Positions 38,351 to 51,203 are shown, numbered from the whole stretch's first letter. The stretch is 59,204 nt of DNA, filler included, from Sphacelaria rigidula (GCA_964200075.2; 7 parts of 7 records of this genome joined end to end with filler, not necessarily neighbours in it); one strand, 5' to 3'. The notes: generated by a model from the sequence alone, not told the origin. Numbers and translations: made by a program.

Positions 38351-38748
38351 ACACGGGATTTTACAAATTGGAGATGGATTTTTAAGCGAGGATGAGAAAC
38401 CCGCAGAATTGAACTCTTCGTATCCACACCGAATCTTCGAAATATGGTTCCAATTCTTCACTACTTGCTGGTAGCTTTTTGTCAACAACTAGACACCATA
38501 CCAATTTGGATTTCGGCAACCGAAATGTTGGGGTCCTAGGCGAGAATATAGTTGTGGGGAATTTCGGCGATCTGATCGTATCATCTAAATAAATTCCTCA
38601 AGATTATTCCTTCACCTAGGACCCCAACATGTCGGCCATCAGGATCCACTTTTGTATTTCGAAGATTTGGTGTGGAAACGAAGATTTTAATTATCCGGAG
38701 GTTCTCATCCTCAACAACAAATCCATCCCCACTTCAAAAATCCCGTGT
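38351..38748. mobile_element. Fold-back (palindromic) MITE, copy 1
   Basis: acacgggatttt..tggagatggattt at the left mirrors aaatccatcccca..aaaatcccgtgt at the right; homologous to 38844-39281. Confidence 0.8.
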
Positions 38749-38843
38749 TGAAAACGCTCATGTCCAACGGACACACGAAACGTTGGGGCTCATCTGCCTG
38801 GCTGCTCTTCGCTCCAGGTTAAATCAAATCATATAGGTATATA

Positions 38844-39281
38844 ACACGTGGTTGTACAAATTGGGGATGGATTTTTATTAACGATGAGAAACCTGGAGGA
38901 TTAAAATCTTCGTATCCACACCAAATCTTCAAAATATGGTTCCATTTCTTCACTTGCCGGTAGCTGTTGACAACTACTACACGCCATACAAATTTGGATT
39001 TCGACAACCGAAGTGTTGGGGTCCTATTTGAAAAACCAATTTGGGGGAATTTCGGCGATCTGATCGGATCATCTAACTTCCCCCAAATTGTTTTTTCACC
39101 TAGTACCCCTCAACATGTCGGTTATCAGGACCCAAATTTGTATGGCGTGTCGTAGTGTCAATAGCTACCAGTAGGTGAAGGAATGGAAGTATATTTCGAA
39201 GGTTTGATGTGGATGCGAAGAGTTCAATTCTCCGGGTTCTCCTCAACGAAAAATGCATCCCCAGTTTGTAAAATCTCGTGT
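38844..39281. mobile_element. Fold-back (palindromic) MITE, copy 2, flanked by TA
   Basis: TA|acacg...cgtgt|TA; nearly the whole 438 bp is an imperfect inverted repeat centred near 39060. Confidence 0.85.
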
Positions 39282-40138
39282 TAGACGAGCCGGCCCCTCT
39301 TTTGTGTGACCGCGTACAATGTTTTGAATAGGTGTTCACATTTGAATCAGTGAAAAAAATGGCGATGGCTCTAGCGGCTTTCAAGTCAACTTCCGAGTAC
39401 GTCCCACTCGTATCGTGTATGCAGTACGGCGTGTTTTTTTCGCGATATCTACAACCTAAATCCAGTGGAACTAAACCTGACGTGCTCAGCCCTCACGACA
39501 ACGCAAGCAGCAAAACGTTTCGTCATGGCCTTTGTCGGGAAAAAATACTGCGTGCACACGGGACACATACCGTATACGTTTCTTACCGCCAAAAGTAACA
39601 AGCGTTTAGAGCAAAGGGGAGATGCTGTGACACAAAGTGAGACTGCATATATATATCGACGGCTCTGATCCCCCTCCCTTTTTCAATCGTCTCCAGTTCA
39701 GAGTTGCTTCCCCATCTGAAAACAAGAGCTCTCAATGATGTGTGACCTGAATTTCACCACAAAAAAAGTAGCGCCTTTAGCCCTTGCTTGCGAGAATGAG
39801 GTTCCTCGTTTGAGATTATATTAATACCTACCCACTCAACGTCACGCGCATAAATGAAGCACACGGTCATGAGAAAGGAAAGGAAATTTTCTACATTTTT
39901 GGGAGGACCTTGCTCTGGCTCCCACATGATGAACACGGCAAACCAAGTACACCTGAGGTTCCAACCCCAGCTTGGTACCGCTCCAACACCTGGAAAACTT
40001 GGTGTGCAGTACCCCAGCAGTGTCTCTCACTCAACTGGCGGCTTCAACACGTACTCGGTGGCTATGTTACTCACTCGAGTACACTGTCGGTGCGTTAGTG
40101 CCTTCACGGCAGTATAGGTCATGGTCTGTGCGAGATTC

Positions 40139-40220
40139 GGGGGGGGGGGGCGTACTCATTTGTTGCTTGCCTTCGTCATTTGACCATTGACCACGCATCC
40201 CTTTCGAGACGGAGGGGGGG
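40139..40220 (-). mobile_element. ~66-nt LINE 3'-end stub between G-runs
   Basis: Reverse complement ctccgtctcgaaagggatgcgtggtcaatggtcaaatgacgaaggcaagcaacaaatgagtacgcccc matches the LINE end at 36854-36930. Confidence 0.85.
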
Positions 40221-41035
40221 ACGTCGGCTGGCGGGGAGTGGGGTCATCCTACAGTATATCCTTTCATGTTGACCCCTTGGTTGAGGACGTATTTTTTACA
40301 TTGTTCTTTTCTCCACCCGTTCAAAATCAGTTCATTCTTCAATCGCTCCGAGTTATGGATTAGCATGTGCACTGTGCGCGTGTTACTTGTACTTCGAGAA
40401 ACCAAAATGCTTCAAATTTGGACGAAAACAATATATATATATGTACCTATAATAGGTGAAAGAGGTCATGTCTATAAGAAGCCTTCCTTGCAGCATGCAA
40501 CACCTGACCGAAACAGAAAAAAAAAAAAACGAGCCGTGTTGAAAAACAACAGTAATCAGCATAAAAGAGCACCAACAACTAGTAGTAGTAGGCAGCAGTG
40601 AGCGAGCGACATCGGCATTCTCTTCGCCGCCAATCAATCCGTTCCATGCATCTCGTGTGACGTGACACAAAAAACGGCCGTCAAGACTCTTAACAATATT
40701 CGAAGACTACAAAATTTCAAACGTCGGCAGCCACCACCACCACCATTACTACCAGCGATGCGCACATAACGCGAAGAATTCACACGGGTACCCGATACAA
40801 AACACATACTCGCAGTCAACTGTACACTTTCCACTCTGACACCACACTCGAACATCTACACCCCTTCCAGGCGTCCAAACTGTGCAGACGTCACCCACAG
40901 CCGAACGCATCTCATATTTCTTCCCTACGAAACGCAGAACCACCCCCGTGCTCTCTGTCTCCCCCTCCCCTCCATCTGCCCATCCCCATCTCCATGGCGC
41001 CGTTGTGGGCACTTCCAGTTCACCAAGATGAATCT

Positions 41036-41186
41036 TCACGGCCGTTTTTTCGTCAACCTCTGCAAGCGCCATACTTTTTTTCGTTCCGCCAACCACCGAT
41101 AGAAGTCAACCTCCAGCGGCGGCGTGTTACGGGACTCTCGCTCCATCTTGCTGGTTCGCCATTGCCACTTGCGCTGTTGTAACCAC
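41036..41186 (-). CDS. Terminal exon of an unknown protein with two WLxxRKxxWR motifs
   Basis: C-tract, ACTGAC branch point and CAG acceptor; WLQQRKWQWRTSKMERESRNTPPLEVDFYRWLAERKKVWRLQRLTKKRP*. Not in the ORF track in this frame. Confidence 0.65.
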
Positions 41187-42260
41187 CTGGCCAGTCAGTG
41201 GGGGGGGGGGGGGGGGGGGGTTGGAATGACTCTTCAGGTTGCTGGTGTGCAAAATTAAACTCCAAGGTTAGTCTGCTATTCGTTCTGTTGGAATTTGTTC
41301 TTCTTCCTGTTCCTCGTTTTCTTCAGAGCGTGTTTTAGTTTCGGGTTTTTTTTGTGTACGTCCATCACGAGACCACGGCTGGACCCCTGGGGGGCCAGTT
41401 AAAGTGCGACAATCAATCAATCATCATCAACTCGTATGCAGCTGCTCCGGTAGCAGCACGATCGATAAATAGCGAATAGGATATGTTGGACAGGAGGAAC
41501 TGTGTACACACAGCACGACATGAATACATGAATGGGGTGGATGATGGGGCCGAGCATGCGGGTGGTATTGGATCATTTTTGCGGGCGGTGGTGCGCCACT
41601 TTTGCGGGGAAGGGTGGGGGGAAAAGGGGGGTATCGCCAGTGTTGCATATCGAATATCGATAATCGATATGATTTCGATCAATACCGGCGATATGCCATA
41701 CCGGTATAGGAGCGTAGAAAAGCGATAAATGTGATATTTATCAATATCGAATATCAATATCGAATATCGGTATTCTCGATATATATTTTTATTTTTCGTA
41801 ACATTAGCTCAGTTTCTCGAAAACGTTATCACGGTAAACGCAGGGGGGGGTAGGGGGAAACGTTGAAAAACGTTTCCTGTTATTGGTGGTGAAACACGTT
41901 GAAAAAAAAAGAGCTCGCATTTGAGTTTGCGCATGTTCGCTTCGACAACTTTTCATTTTCTTATGAATGGGAAGAGTCGAGGTATGCGCTCATTCCATCG
42001 AAACACACGGAATGGTGACTGTAGAAATGAAGTATAACCAATACCACACCCGGGCCGCTGTGATCAACTATAATACATGTTGCACGATGACGAAATATAT
42101 TCGCAAGACAGCTGTATCACCGCATGTCGCCGCTGCTATGATGTGCACACTACCCGCTGCTGTACACCATGTGCCCCGTGCTGCCCACTGGAAACTACCG
42201 TAAGTTGCTTGAGATACCACACCCTCAGGAGCGAATTTCAAAGCTCGATCACTTTCTCTG

Positions 42261-42360
42261 NNNNNNNNNNNNNNNNNNNNNNNNNNNNNNNNNNNNNNNN
42301 NNNNTTAATTAATTAANNNNNNNNNNNNNNNNNNNNNNNNNNNNNNNNNNNNNNNNNNNN
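42261..42360. other. Artificial contig linker
   Basis: N44-TTAATTAATTAA-N44. Confidence 0.99.
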
Positions 42361-42462
42361 AAACACAAAGGCAAGCAACAAATATTTAAGCCCCACCCCC
42401 CCACTCCTTTCCCCCCCCAAACAACAACAAAAAAACAAAATGAAACAAAAACAAACACAAAC

Positions 42463-44171
42463 CTGCTGCACGCTCTTCTCTAGGGTCACCGCCGTCCCCT
42501 CCACGTCAAACCTCGCCACTCTCCGCCCATGCCGAATGCCGTAGCGATACAACATCGACGTCACCGTCGTGGACGCCGTCTTATGCGTCTTGACGAACGC
42601 CACATTGCACGCCTGCTCATCCGTCCGCGCAATAGACGCCTGCACCAGCTCGTTGAGCTTCCGCTGCGCGCTAACCTCACCGTCCTCCGGCTCGACTTCA
42701 ACATGCACTGCAACAGCGCCTTCTCCCTTGTTCTTCTCATCCTCTACTCCAACTGGCGGCGATTGAGCTACAGCTTGAGCGTCGTGAACAAGAGCCGCCC
42801 CGTCAACCGCCAGCGTCGTCAACGAAGCAGCAACCTCATCGCCTCCTCCATTTTCTTCTCCCTCTTGTCGCCCCTCTTGCTCCTGCACTGGCGCTTCTCC
42901 ATCCACGGCAAGGCTCGCAACCTCTGGGCTATCGCCACCGCCAGTCCGGACCTTCCCGCCCTCTTCGTTCCCTTCCCAAACATCAGCGGCGGCGCCTCCT
43001 CCTTCGTCGCCATCTCGGCGCCCTTCAAGCACCTGCTCCCTCACGAACGCCGCCCCGTCGGCCGCCAGCGTCGTCATACTCTCGCTGCTCGTTTTGTCCA
43101 CCTCTTCGTGTGGAACCTCTGGCCCTCGAGATTCGCCCTTTTGCTCTTGTTCCCCCATCTCTTCTCCCACGAGGGCAGCGCTCGCCTGCGCCACCCCCGA
43201 GTTCTCGCCAATACTAGTACCTTTCCGAGCATCTTTTTCTAGCTGATTGTTCTCCTCAGCGAGAGCTCCGACGTCGACCGCCAGCGACTTTGAAACGTCC
43301 ACAACGTCCCCCCCTCTGGTCTCTTCTCGATCCCCGCCTTCGCCGCCATTAACGCTTCGCACTTCCCCCTCGTTTTGTTCATGGCTGCTACCAACACCAC
43401 CAGCATCGCCCGGTTCATTTTTGTCGTCTGCCGAAGCACGGGATCCTTCGACATCTACAGTGACACCTTCATTTCCATCTCCGCTTTTTCCAGGTTCGGT
43501 TTCACTGTCCTCCTGCTCCTCCTGCTCCTCTTTGGACCCATTGCCTTGGGCATCATCATCAGTTCTCGACGTCAAAGCGTTTTCTGGAACGCCGTCTTGA
43601 TCTGCACCACCGTCCTCTTCCCCACCGTCTGCGGAATGGTCAACCGCAGCAGAGTCATCTACAGCATCGCCTTTATCTTCCCCCCGTTGCTCCTCCGTTT
43701 CCTCAGACTCTGACGGCTTCTCGCCAGAGTCCTCAACGTCGTCTCCGCCGCCATTCTTTTTCTCAGCATCAGGACCCGTACCAACACTAGTATTTACTTT
43801 GCTCCCATCACCTTCGTTGGCGTGCTGACTATCTGGGCTCGTGACTCCAGCCCCACCCCCTCTTCCACCGGAGCCGCTACTGATGTTTACCTCGCCAGGC
43901 TCGTGACCCTCGCGACCTTCCTCCGACTCGCCCGCGCCAACCTTGAGAATGGGGTCGATGATCTGGAGGACCGGTTCTTCCGAGCCCCCGTCTTCCGAGT
44001 CCGGCTGCTCCTGCTCCTTAAGGTCAGCGGAGGTGGTATCGTCCGCGGTGTTTCCGGCGACATGGCTGGAGCGTCCAGTGTCGCCTTCGCTTGGATGGAC
44101 GTCTTCCGGTGGCTCTTGTTCATTCAAGGAGGACTGCCCGTCGCCACCTTCCTCGCGTTGAGCTTCACCAC
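42463..44171 (-). CDS. Galactose-3-O-sulfotransferase-like protein: large exon with acidic stalk and start of catalytic domain (gene truncated by contig end)
   Basis: 1709-nt exon with CAG acceptor and GTTTGT donor. Ends CNVAFVKTHKTASTTVTSMLYRYGIRHG, matching the Gal3ST PAPS-binding motif FxKTHKTASST..ILxRYG. Confidence 0.88.
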
Positions 44172-44250
44172 CTGATTGAAAAACGCCGCCATGTGCGCGC
44201 GCGCATACGTGGTGTGTTCGCCGTGGAGAGAGGAGGGAAACAGGAATAAG

Positions 44251-44402
44251 GGGGGGTACTTATTTGTCGATTGCCTTAGTCTTTTGACCGTTGACCACAC
44301 ATCCCTTTTGAGACGGAGCAGGGGGGGGGGGGAGGCGTACTCATGTGTTGCATGCCTTAGTCGTCTGACCATTGACCACGCATCTCATTCGAGACGGAGC
44401 AC
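44251..44402 (-). mobile_element. Two tandem ~66-nt LINE 3'-end stubs separated by G-runs (intronic)
   Basis: Two consecutive matches to the stub consensus, at 44251-44319 and 44320-44402. Confidence 0.85.
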
Positions 44403-44978
44403 CGTAGGGGAGAGGAGAGGGGGGGGGGGGGTCTGTACCTCACGCCGCAGCTTCCTGCCGCCTCTGGATCACACTGCACGTGAACATGATTTCGTGATTT
44501 TTTTCGATGTGTAAGTCGGGGAGAAGGAAGGCTACGCTCAGCGCGAGTGAATGGACGGCATCCACCGTGTTATCTACCGGATTGTTCGTCTGCAGCAAGA
44601 ATGCGGAAGACACAATTTCCCGTCGTAGGTCCACCTCCGCCAGAAGTCGGCCGTACAAATGAAACGAGTTTCACATCGATCGTGCGCAAGCGATTGCACT
44701 GTTGTTCGTCGCACTTTTCAACAACCGAGATACAACGACCAGTAGCTCTCCGTCGACCGAAGAGGGCAGAAAATCGTACTGGAGTCAGCGTCTGCAATCA
44801 GCAGTCTGCAAGGAGCAAGGATGCGGTGACCAGTGATTGAACTGACTAAGTGCACTGGACTAGGGTGTCAGGGCGTCACGGATTATACTCTGTCTACGAG
44901 GCATTCCTCGTCATATTCCATCCCGGAACAGGCCAGGGATACACCGACGATAAAAAGCAGCTCAAGATCCCTTCCCAC

Positions 44979-45153
44979 CTTGTGCATCCGGGTGCTCGCT
45001 CCAATGGCCATCCACTGGGCCAATACTGTCGGGCCCAGTCGGGGCCCCTCGCAAGGCTTTGCCGACGGTTGGCGGCGGCATAGCTTTTTCCTCGGCCGCG
45101 TACCAAAGCGGTGCGACCATGATGATAGCGAAGCCGCATACAACGATCAGCGC
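44979..45153 (-). CDS. Sulfotransferase-like gene, transmembrane-anchor exon
   Basis: CAG|ALIVVCGFAIIMVAPLWYAAEEKAMPPP...HPDAQG|GTGGGA; the phase-1 end joins in frame to the exon starting at 44171. Confidence 0.75.
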
Positions 45154-45789
45154 CTGAGGGGCCGCGACGCGATTGTAAGGGGCGGCGGGCGGTGGATAGT
45201 AAGCGAAGTTATTGTGCAATTACGATTATGTTCACAGGTGAGGTTTCTCTTCCACTTTGACGATTGAGGTTCGGGTGGATTGCTTGACTGACTAACGGTC
45301 GCACATTAATTCATGCCCGACGGATTCAAACAAATCCGAGGGATTCCAACCGTGGTGACATCATAGACGTGCCCATGGTGAGCAAGACGGAAACGCTTGC
45401 CGGAGAAAAGTCGATAATGGGAGAAGACATATAGAACAAAATAAATATATTACAAACGGAGAAGGATGGAGTAAAAAACAGAGGCAAGAAGGAAAAAAAA
45501 ACGGGAAAAAAGAAGGGAGAATAAGAACAAATAGCCGGTCTCAATGGCGAGCAAAAAAGAAAAAGGGATAAGGAAAACGGAGGAAGACATACGGCATAGA
45601 GATACAGATCGACTGGCAAAAGTCCCCATGTGTTCATCGAACGTGCTGAAGCCCACTGTTTGCTGGCGAGGGGGGCTCCCGCCATAGTTCACTTTCCATC
45701 CTTCTTACAGCCCAGTTCTGTGCTGCGGATCTACCACCAAATGTCTGTATCTGATACTGCTGCGTCTTGTTCCCCCTGCCTCGCGGTGT

Positions 45790-46122
45790 GTGTGTGTGCT
45801 GTCGTCTCATCTATTCTGGGCGCCGGTCGACATTTTTCGGTATATGTGGGCGCACCAGCCAGATCACACAGGAGGAGGATCAACACCGGAGCTTTTTCTT
45901 TTTCATTTGTTTTTAGTACCTCACCTTCCTTCTGCGGTGCTTCCCTTTTATTTTTTATCGCAAGAAGTATTTAGCAGTCCCTTTCCCTCGTCGACAGTTC
46001 AGTCGAATTTTGTGTACCCACTACATGGTCGCTCTCCACTGTTGGGCATTGTGCGAAGAAAAATCCCACATCGCTCCGAGAATTGAACCCGCGATCCAAC
46101 CGTCAGAGGGTTTCGAGCTTAC
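45790..46122 (-). mobile_element. tRNA-derived SINE, 5'-truncated
   Basis: Collinear with 52920-53220; retains a B-box-like gggttcaattctc. Confidence 0.8.
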
Positions 46123-46662
46123 CGTGCAAGTGAAATTCACGCGTTTAGAGCGTGCTCAATAAAATTGGTGCTGCCCTTCAGGGGATTATTTCACTATTTT
46201 GTGTTGAGGACAAAAGTGCTAGCCATGAAATCATCTGCTAGACCTGTGCGCTTCAGGGGAGGAAGAGACGGATGCTGCGGCTACATTGTTCATACTACAC
46301 AGAATAAATGTATCGGTAACCATTTTCAGTCTGCATTTCGTTGCTCACGAGTCTCGTTTCGTGTGTATTCTGTACCCTGTACAACTGTCCGCCACGTGTC
46401 TATTACACCACTGACCACAGATCGATCTCGTCGCAAGCTACCGCGCAATCTTCACGTCACACGAAAAAAACATAGGAGGTGTAATTGAGGATCCAGTCCA
46501 CAACACTTCGACATTTTTCCACAAACACATACATACACAGACGCCAGTACCTCAGTTTTTCGCACATAACTTCACCGTGAATTCGCCAACCCCCCTCACC
46601 CACGAGAATAATCTGCCGTGGTTAGTTCAACATATTATTATTCCACTAATCTCATAATTAAC

Positions 46663-46845
46663 CTCCATCCTGATCCTGTAAGAGGGGTCGACGCGGTTCG
46701 TGGATGAGAAGGTGGACACCACGGAATTGGTCACGTGGGTCGTCGTCGTGAGAGTTCCAGCGTAGGATATTACATGAGACTCATGCCATTGCAGTGCCGT
46801 TTTGAAGCTCATCAACTCTGCTGAGCATTGATCAAAGACCGCCAT
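46663..46845 (-). CDS. Candidate first exon of the sulfotransferase-like gene
   Basis: AAAATGG start, 61 codons MAVFDQ...VDPSYRIRME|GTTAAT, phase 0, compatible with the exon at 45153. Confidence 0.45.
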
Positions 46846-49565
46846 TTTTACGCTGCAGCTACTGCACAGTTTGGAGCAAAACAAGAGGCAGGGTGTTGGG
46901 CGTCGGCCGGCCCGCGCGATTGCGTAACGGACTGTACGGACGGGATACACCCCCCTAAATGCGTTCGTAGGAACAGTACGCGCTGGCTGATGTTGCGTGC
47001 GCTGTGTGCGAGTCCAGCAAGTCATGCACGTGACGGACGCGGGTGCACGAGGGACAAATTGAAATTGCGAACTTCTTCGCGTGCGATCTCAAGAAAACAA
47101 AATGTACAGTACAGTATCATGGCGACCTTGACACAACAAGAAAGGGCCGGGAAGAGAGAAATCGACCTCGGAAAGGGTCAGTAGAGTTGACCAGAGTTGG
47201 GCTCTATTCTACCCATAGTTGATATTACTTGACTTGAGTGTGAACAACGAGAATCGGATCCTCAGTGAGGCGTGTCAGTCCCGTGTGCTCCAAGTGTGCG
47301 CAGAAGGCGTTTTCGTTCAAATCGGCGTCGTAGGCGCCGATTTGGGGTCCACCAACGCCACACTTCGCCTAGGGAACGCTATCCACATCCCTTACTCTAG
47401 GGTTATCGGTATACCGTGCGTTGGAGTTGGGATTAGGGTTAGGGTTAGCGATAGTCGAAAAATGTGTCAAGCATGGATAGAATGTAGCCCACCTCCAGTT
47501 AACCCACCTCCTTATTTCACCCCATGTCTCAAGTGGAACAAAGAGCAAGGCTGTACACCATTAATAACTTGTTTTCGTGAGATTGAGAACAGAGCGTTGG
47601 TGGAGAGTGGGTTTCATCATTCGCTATAAGGTGACCAATTTCACATTTTCTGTGTGCTTTCTTCGCCTGTAACACTGGCGTGTGCTTACTGCTTCACATC
47701 GATATCCTTCTCCTTGTTTGATTGATTGTCGCACTTATCCTACTCAGGGATATCAAGGGCTTCAGTGGCGAGCTACTACAGGAAGCGTATCGGGCTTCGT
47801 GGAGGGGCATTTCGGAGCTGAAACTATTAACGTATGAATTGACCGCGTGTCACTCTCTGTCGTATCCTAGACTACCAATCTCATGAAAATGTTATTGAAT
47901 GTAGTGCAAGGCCCACGAGCTTATCATGTTATAATAGCTTCAAGTGATCGATTCGACCGCATCTTGTAGGCTCAAACCACCGGGCACATAGTCGATGGCT
48001 ATCTCGACACACAGACAGCCGAGATCATTCCGCTTGTGCGGTTAGCTAAGACACACAGCTAACGAATGGAGCTGTACTATCCTCTTCTCTGTTGCTGTGC
48101 ATGCAGCATGACGTACTGTACGGCACTCGTACTGCACCCTTTTTGCACACTGTTCTCGCAAACACCGACTGTACCGTCATTCATTACCGTACGGTATTAT
48201 CGTCTACTGTGATGACGGAGTATACTGCAACGTGTTGTATACCTCAGGGTACCACGGTACCACGCTGTTCTTGAAGGGTGATTCACTGCCTTCTCGTCCT
48301 TTGGCTTCTCTCACTATTATGCGATACCACATCCCTGCAGAAACAACTGTGTACAAAACTACCTCCATAAATCTCTGGAACCCTTGCAAATCTGACTTTT
48401 GCAGGTATGACTCACCTCGGTGCTGCACAGATTGGGGTCTCTACACATTCGGGATTTATGCCCATAATAAATGGTCTTAGGCCACTTTGTATGCATAAAA
48501 AATCTACAATAAAAAAAGCCGTTCTTCAACAACACGTTTTTCCAACATTTTTTTCTTCAAGTAGCCCTTCTTACGTGATCGACGCTACCAAAATCGGAAA
48601 AGCAGTGTTCATAGTTTCTACAAGGCGTGTGTGCATGATTTCAAATTCTGGGGTGCGCGAGAGAGAGAGACAGCACTCTGCTATTGTGTCGCGGTGTACG
48701 GTCCGTACTGTCTGTACTACTGTAATATATTGACTGAGCAATACATGGTGAGCTGCATGACCCGAGATGATTAATGAGTGCACCGCCTTGCTGTCCTCAC
48801 TGACTGTAGAACTGACGGTTTTCGCTTCACGGTAGTACTTTACTACACACTGTACGGACAGCACGGACAACAGTACAGACAGTGCTGTATTGTATGCATC
48901 GACTGTAGTTCTACAGTAATATTCTAGTCTTAGACTGTACAGTACGGTCCTGTCTCCACGAGAGTTGAGCGCATGTACAGTCTGTACTGCATTACGACTG
49001 CTGTTGGTAGCACGCTGCATGCACAGACCTGAACTGCGCTATATATACTAACTGTACATACGGACCACATACAGACTGCACTCGCCGTCGACCCCGTCCT
49101 GTGCCGTTTTCATGGGGTATAGGGCCACCACGCTACTAGCCGGCAAGGACGGGGACGTAACACGTTGAGTGCCCGCGAGAAGCAGCAGCAGCAGTAGTGG
49201 TGATGGCAGCCAAGCCAGTATGGGTGCTGTTATGGGGTGTAAGGGGCCGTAGGGTTGATGAGCGGCGGGCGTTCAAACGCTTTTTCAATAGCCCAGTTTT
49301 ATCAAAAAAGTTACCACAAAATCCTGATTTAATCTACATCTTCTGATAACTTTGTGCTATCAAAAAAAAAATCAGCGCATCTTATAAAAAAACGCGTTTT
49401 CTGATCACGTAATAAGTAACTGTGATCCCCGGTGGAATCAGAACAATGTTTCAATGGCATTGAGAATAGAGGATACGATTCAGAGTGAGAAGCGGTCAAG
49501 TAATAAATTAATACTTTCATTTCCGAAATGCACCTCCACGAGACCCGGTACGCTTTCTATAGTAA

Positions 49566-50508
49566 GGCCGCTTCTTATAGACTGAACAAAGTTCGGGCGG
49601 ACGACTTTTCACAGAGATTTTTTTTCAGAGAAGTCAGTTTTTTAAAACCCCACCTTCTAGTCTACGAAAAAATCCCGGGGATCTGTACACCCGAGGCCAT
49701 CATCTAGCCTGCGTGCAGACGGTAGTAGTGGTCATCGTTTGCATTTTGTGCTTGTGCCGCCTGCGGTCAACCAACACGTGAATAATCTCGTAAAGGTACA
49801 CGATAGATGGGATAGCAACACACACGCACACACACGGAGGCTACTGGGATAATAGGGATCGAGATGACACGCGTATCAACCCTTACTTCAGCCGATCGCC
49901 GCTTTGGTACAGTAGTAGTGTGGCAAGCGGTGCACTGTGCAGCAGTACGGTATGTGCCACACCGCAAACAACAACTCACGTGACAGTCAGTGGTGCGGTA
50001 GCGACTGTCTCAGTGCACAGACAACTACAGACGTTACAATCGGTGGCGGGCACGACGAGCATGAAACGATACAGGCAGTCAATACAGCCAGTAGGAGCGA
50101 CACCATGCTATCTTATATAAGTAACGCTGCCGGCGAAAAAGCACTGTACTTTACTGTCTGTCCGTGGTCTTACGGTCATGACGAGGATACACCGAGTGCT
50201 GCAGCAGCTATGCTGTTACTGTGGTACTGTACATACGACATGCATAGCTACTTTTGACCTGACTGTACGACACTCGTATGCAAGGAGTGTGTGATGAAAC
50301 GTCACTCTCCAGGCAGAGAATTCTCTGGGAACTGACGGCTTTGCTCAAAGAGATTTGGAAAAATCTCGCTGTCTGGAAACGGCTGTCAGTTTCCAGAGAC
50401 TTTTTATTATTAACATTGGCCCTATAAGGTCGCGTTCTGGAAAAAGGCTCTGGTCACTGACCAAGACGACTTTTCTCAGTTACTTTTTTCAGTCAGTAGG
50501 AAGCGGCC
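49566..50508. mobile_element. Harbinger/PIF-like non-autonomous TIR element nested in an older repeat
   Basis: TIRs ggccgcttcttatagactgaacaaagt and acttttttcagtcagtaggaagcggcc, flanked by TAA and TCA. It splits a sequence that is contiguous at ~24225-24260 and ~47750-47800. Confidence 0.75.
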
Positions 50509-50732
50509 TCATAGCTTACTACTGAAGCCCTTGCTATCCCTCAGAAGGATATCGACGTGTAGCTGTAAGCACGCGCCAGTGTTACAAAGAAGAGCACACA
50601 CATGATGAAAAATTGGTCAAGTTGACTATTGAAAAGCGAGCGTCGCGTCGGAATAGTTTCACAGGCTGACAGTCCGGAGACATTCGGGGGTTTCCAGTGG
50701 CCGGGGGAGGAGGGGGAGGGGGGGGGGGGGGG

Positions 50733-50832
50733 NNNNNNNNNNNNNNNNNNNNNNNNNNNNNNNNNNNNNNNNNNNNTTAATTAATTAANNNNNNNNNNNN
50801 NNNNNNNNNNNNNNNNNNNNNNNNNNNNNNNN
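50733..50832. other. Artificial contig linker
   Basis: N44-TTAATTAATTAA-N44. Confidence 0.99.
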
Positions 50833-51201
50833 GGCTGCGTGTACCTGGGTTGCAATGCTGAAAACGAAGCCTGGAGATTGATTCGTTCGATTCGAATCAA
50901 TTACTCTAAACCAAATAATTTCCGAACGAATCATTGATTTGTCCGACCCTTGAAATGCAATCTATTGTTACAGGGTGTGCAAAACGATGATATTTCTCAC
51001 AATTTGTTATTGCTGTCCTGCGAGAGGATCGCCTGGCGTCCAGACGCAAATTTCGTCCTAACTGCGCTGGTGCGAGTGCGCGACCGTCTATTATCTCATT
51101 CCGGTACGCCGGCCCAGAAAGGTCTTGTGCACCCCGCCGTGGCACGGCTCTTTAGCCTTCTTGTTTTTTTGGTTGGACCGACGTAACTCTTTTCGCTGTT
51201 T

Positions 51202-51203
<2 letters not shown>

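Noticed and set aside
42529-44175. Plus-strand ORFs overlapping the acidic exon
   Set aside because: They are antisense shadows of a GC-rich coding exon.
44439-44520. Extra sulfotransferase exon ending at the GT after 44439
   Set aside because: The phase needed to join the 44171 exon contains a stop, whereas the 44979 donor joins in frame.
47433-47448. Telomere remnant (TTAGGG)2
   Set aside because: It is too short and internal; such motifs occur by chance or within repeats.
47748-47831. Apparent exon DIKGFSGELLQEAYRASWRGISELKLL
   Set aside because: It is an inverted copy of the dispersed repeat at 24180-24270.
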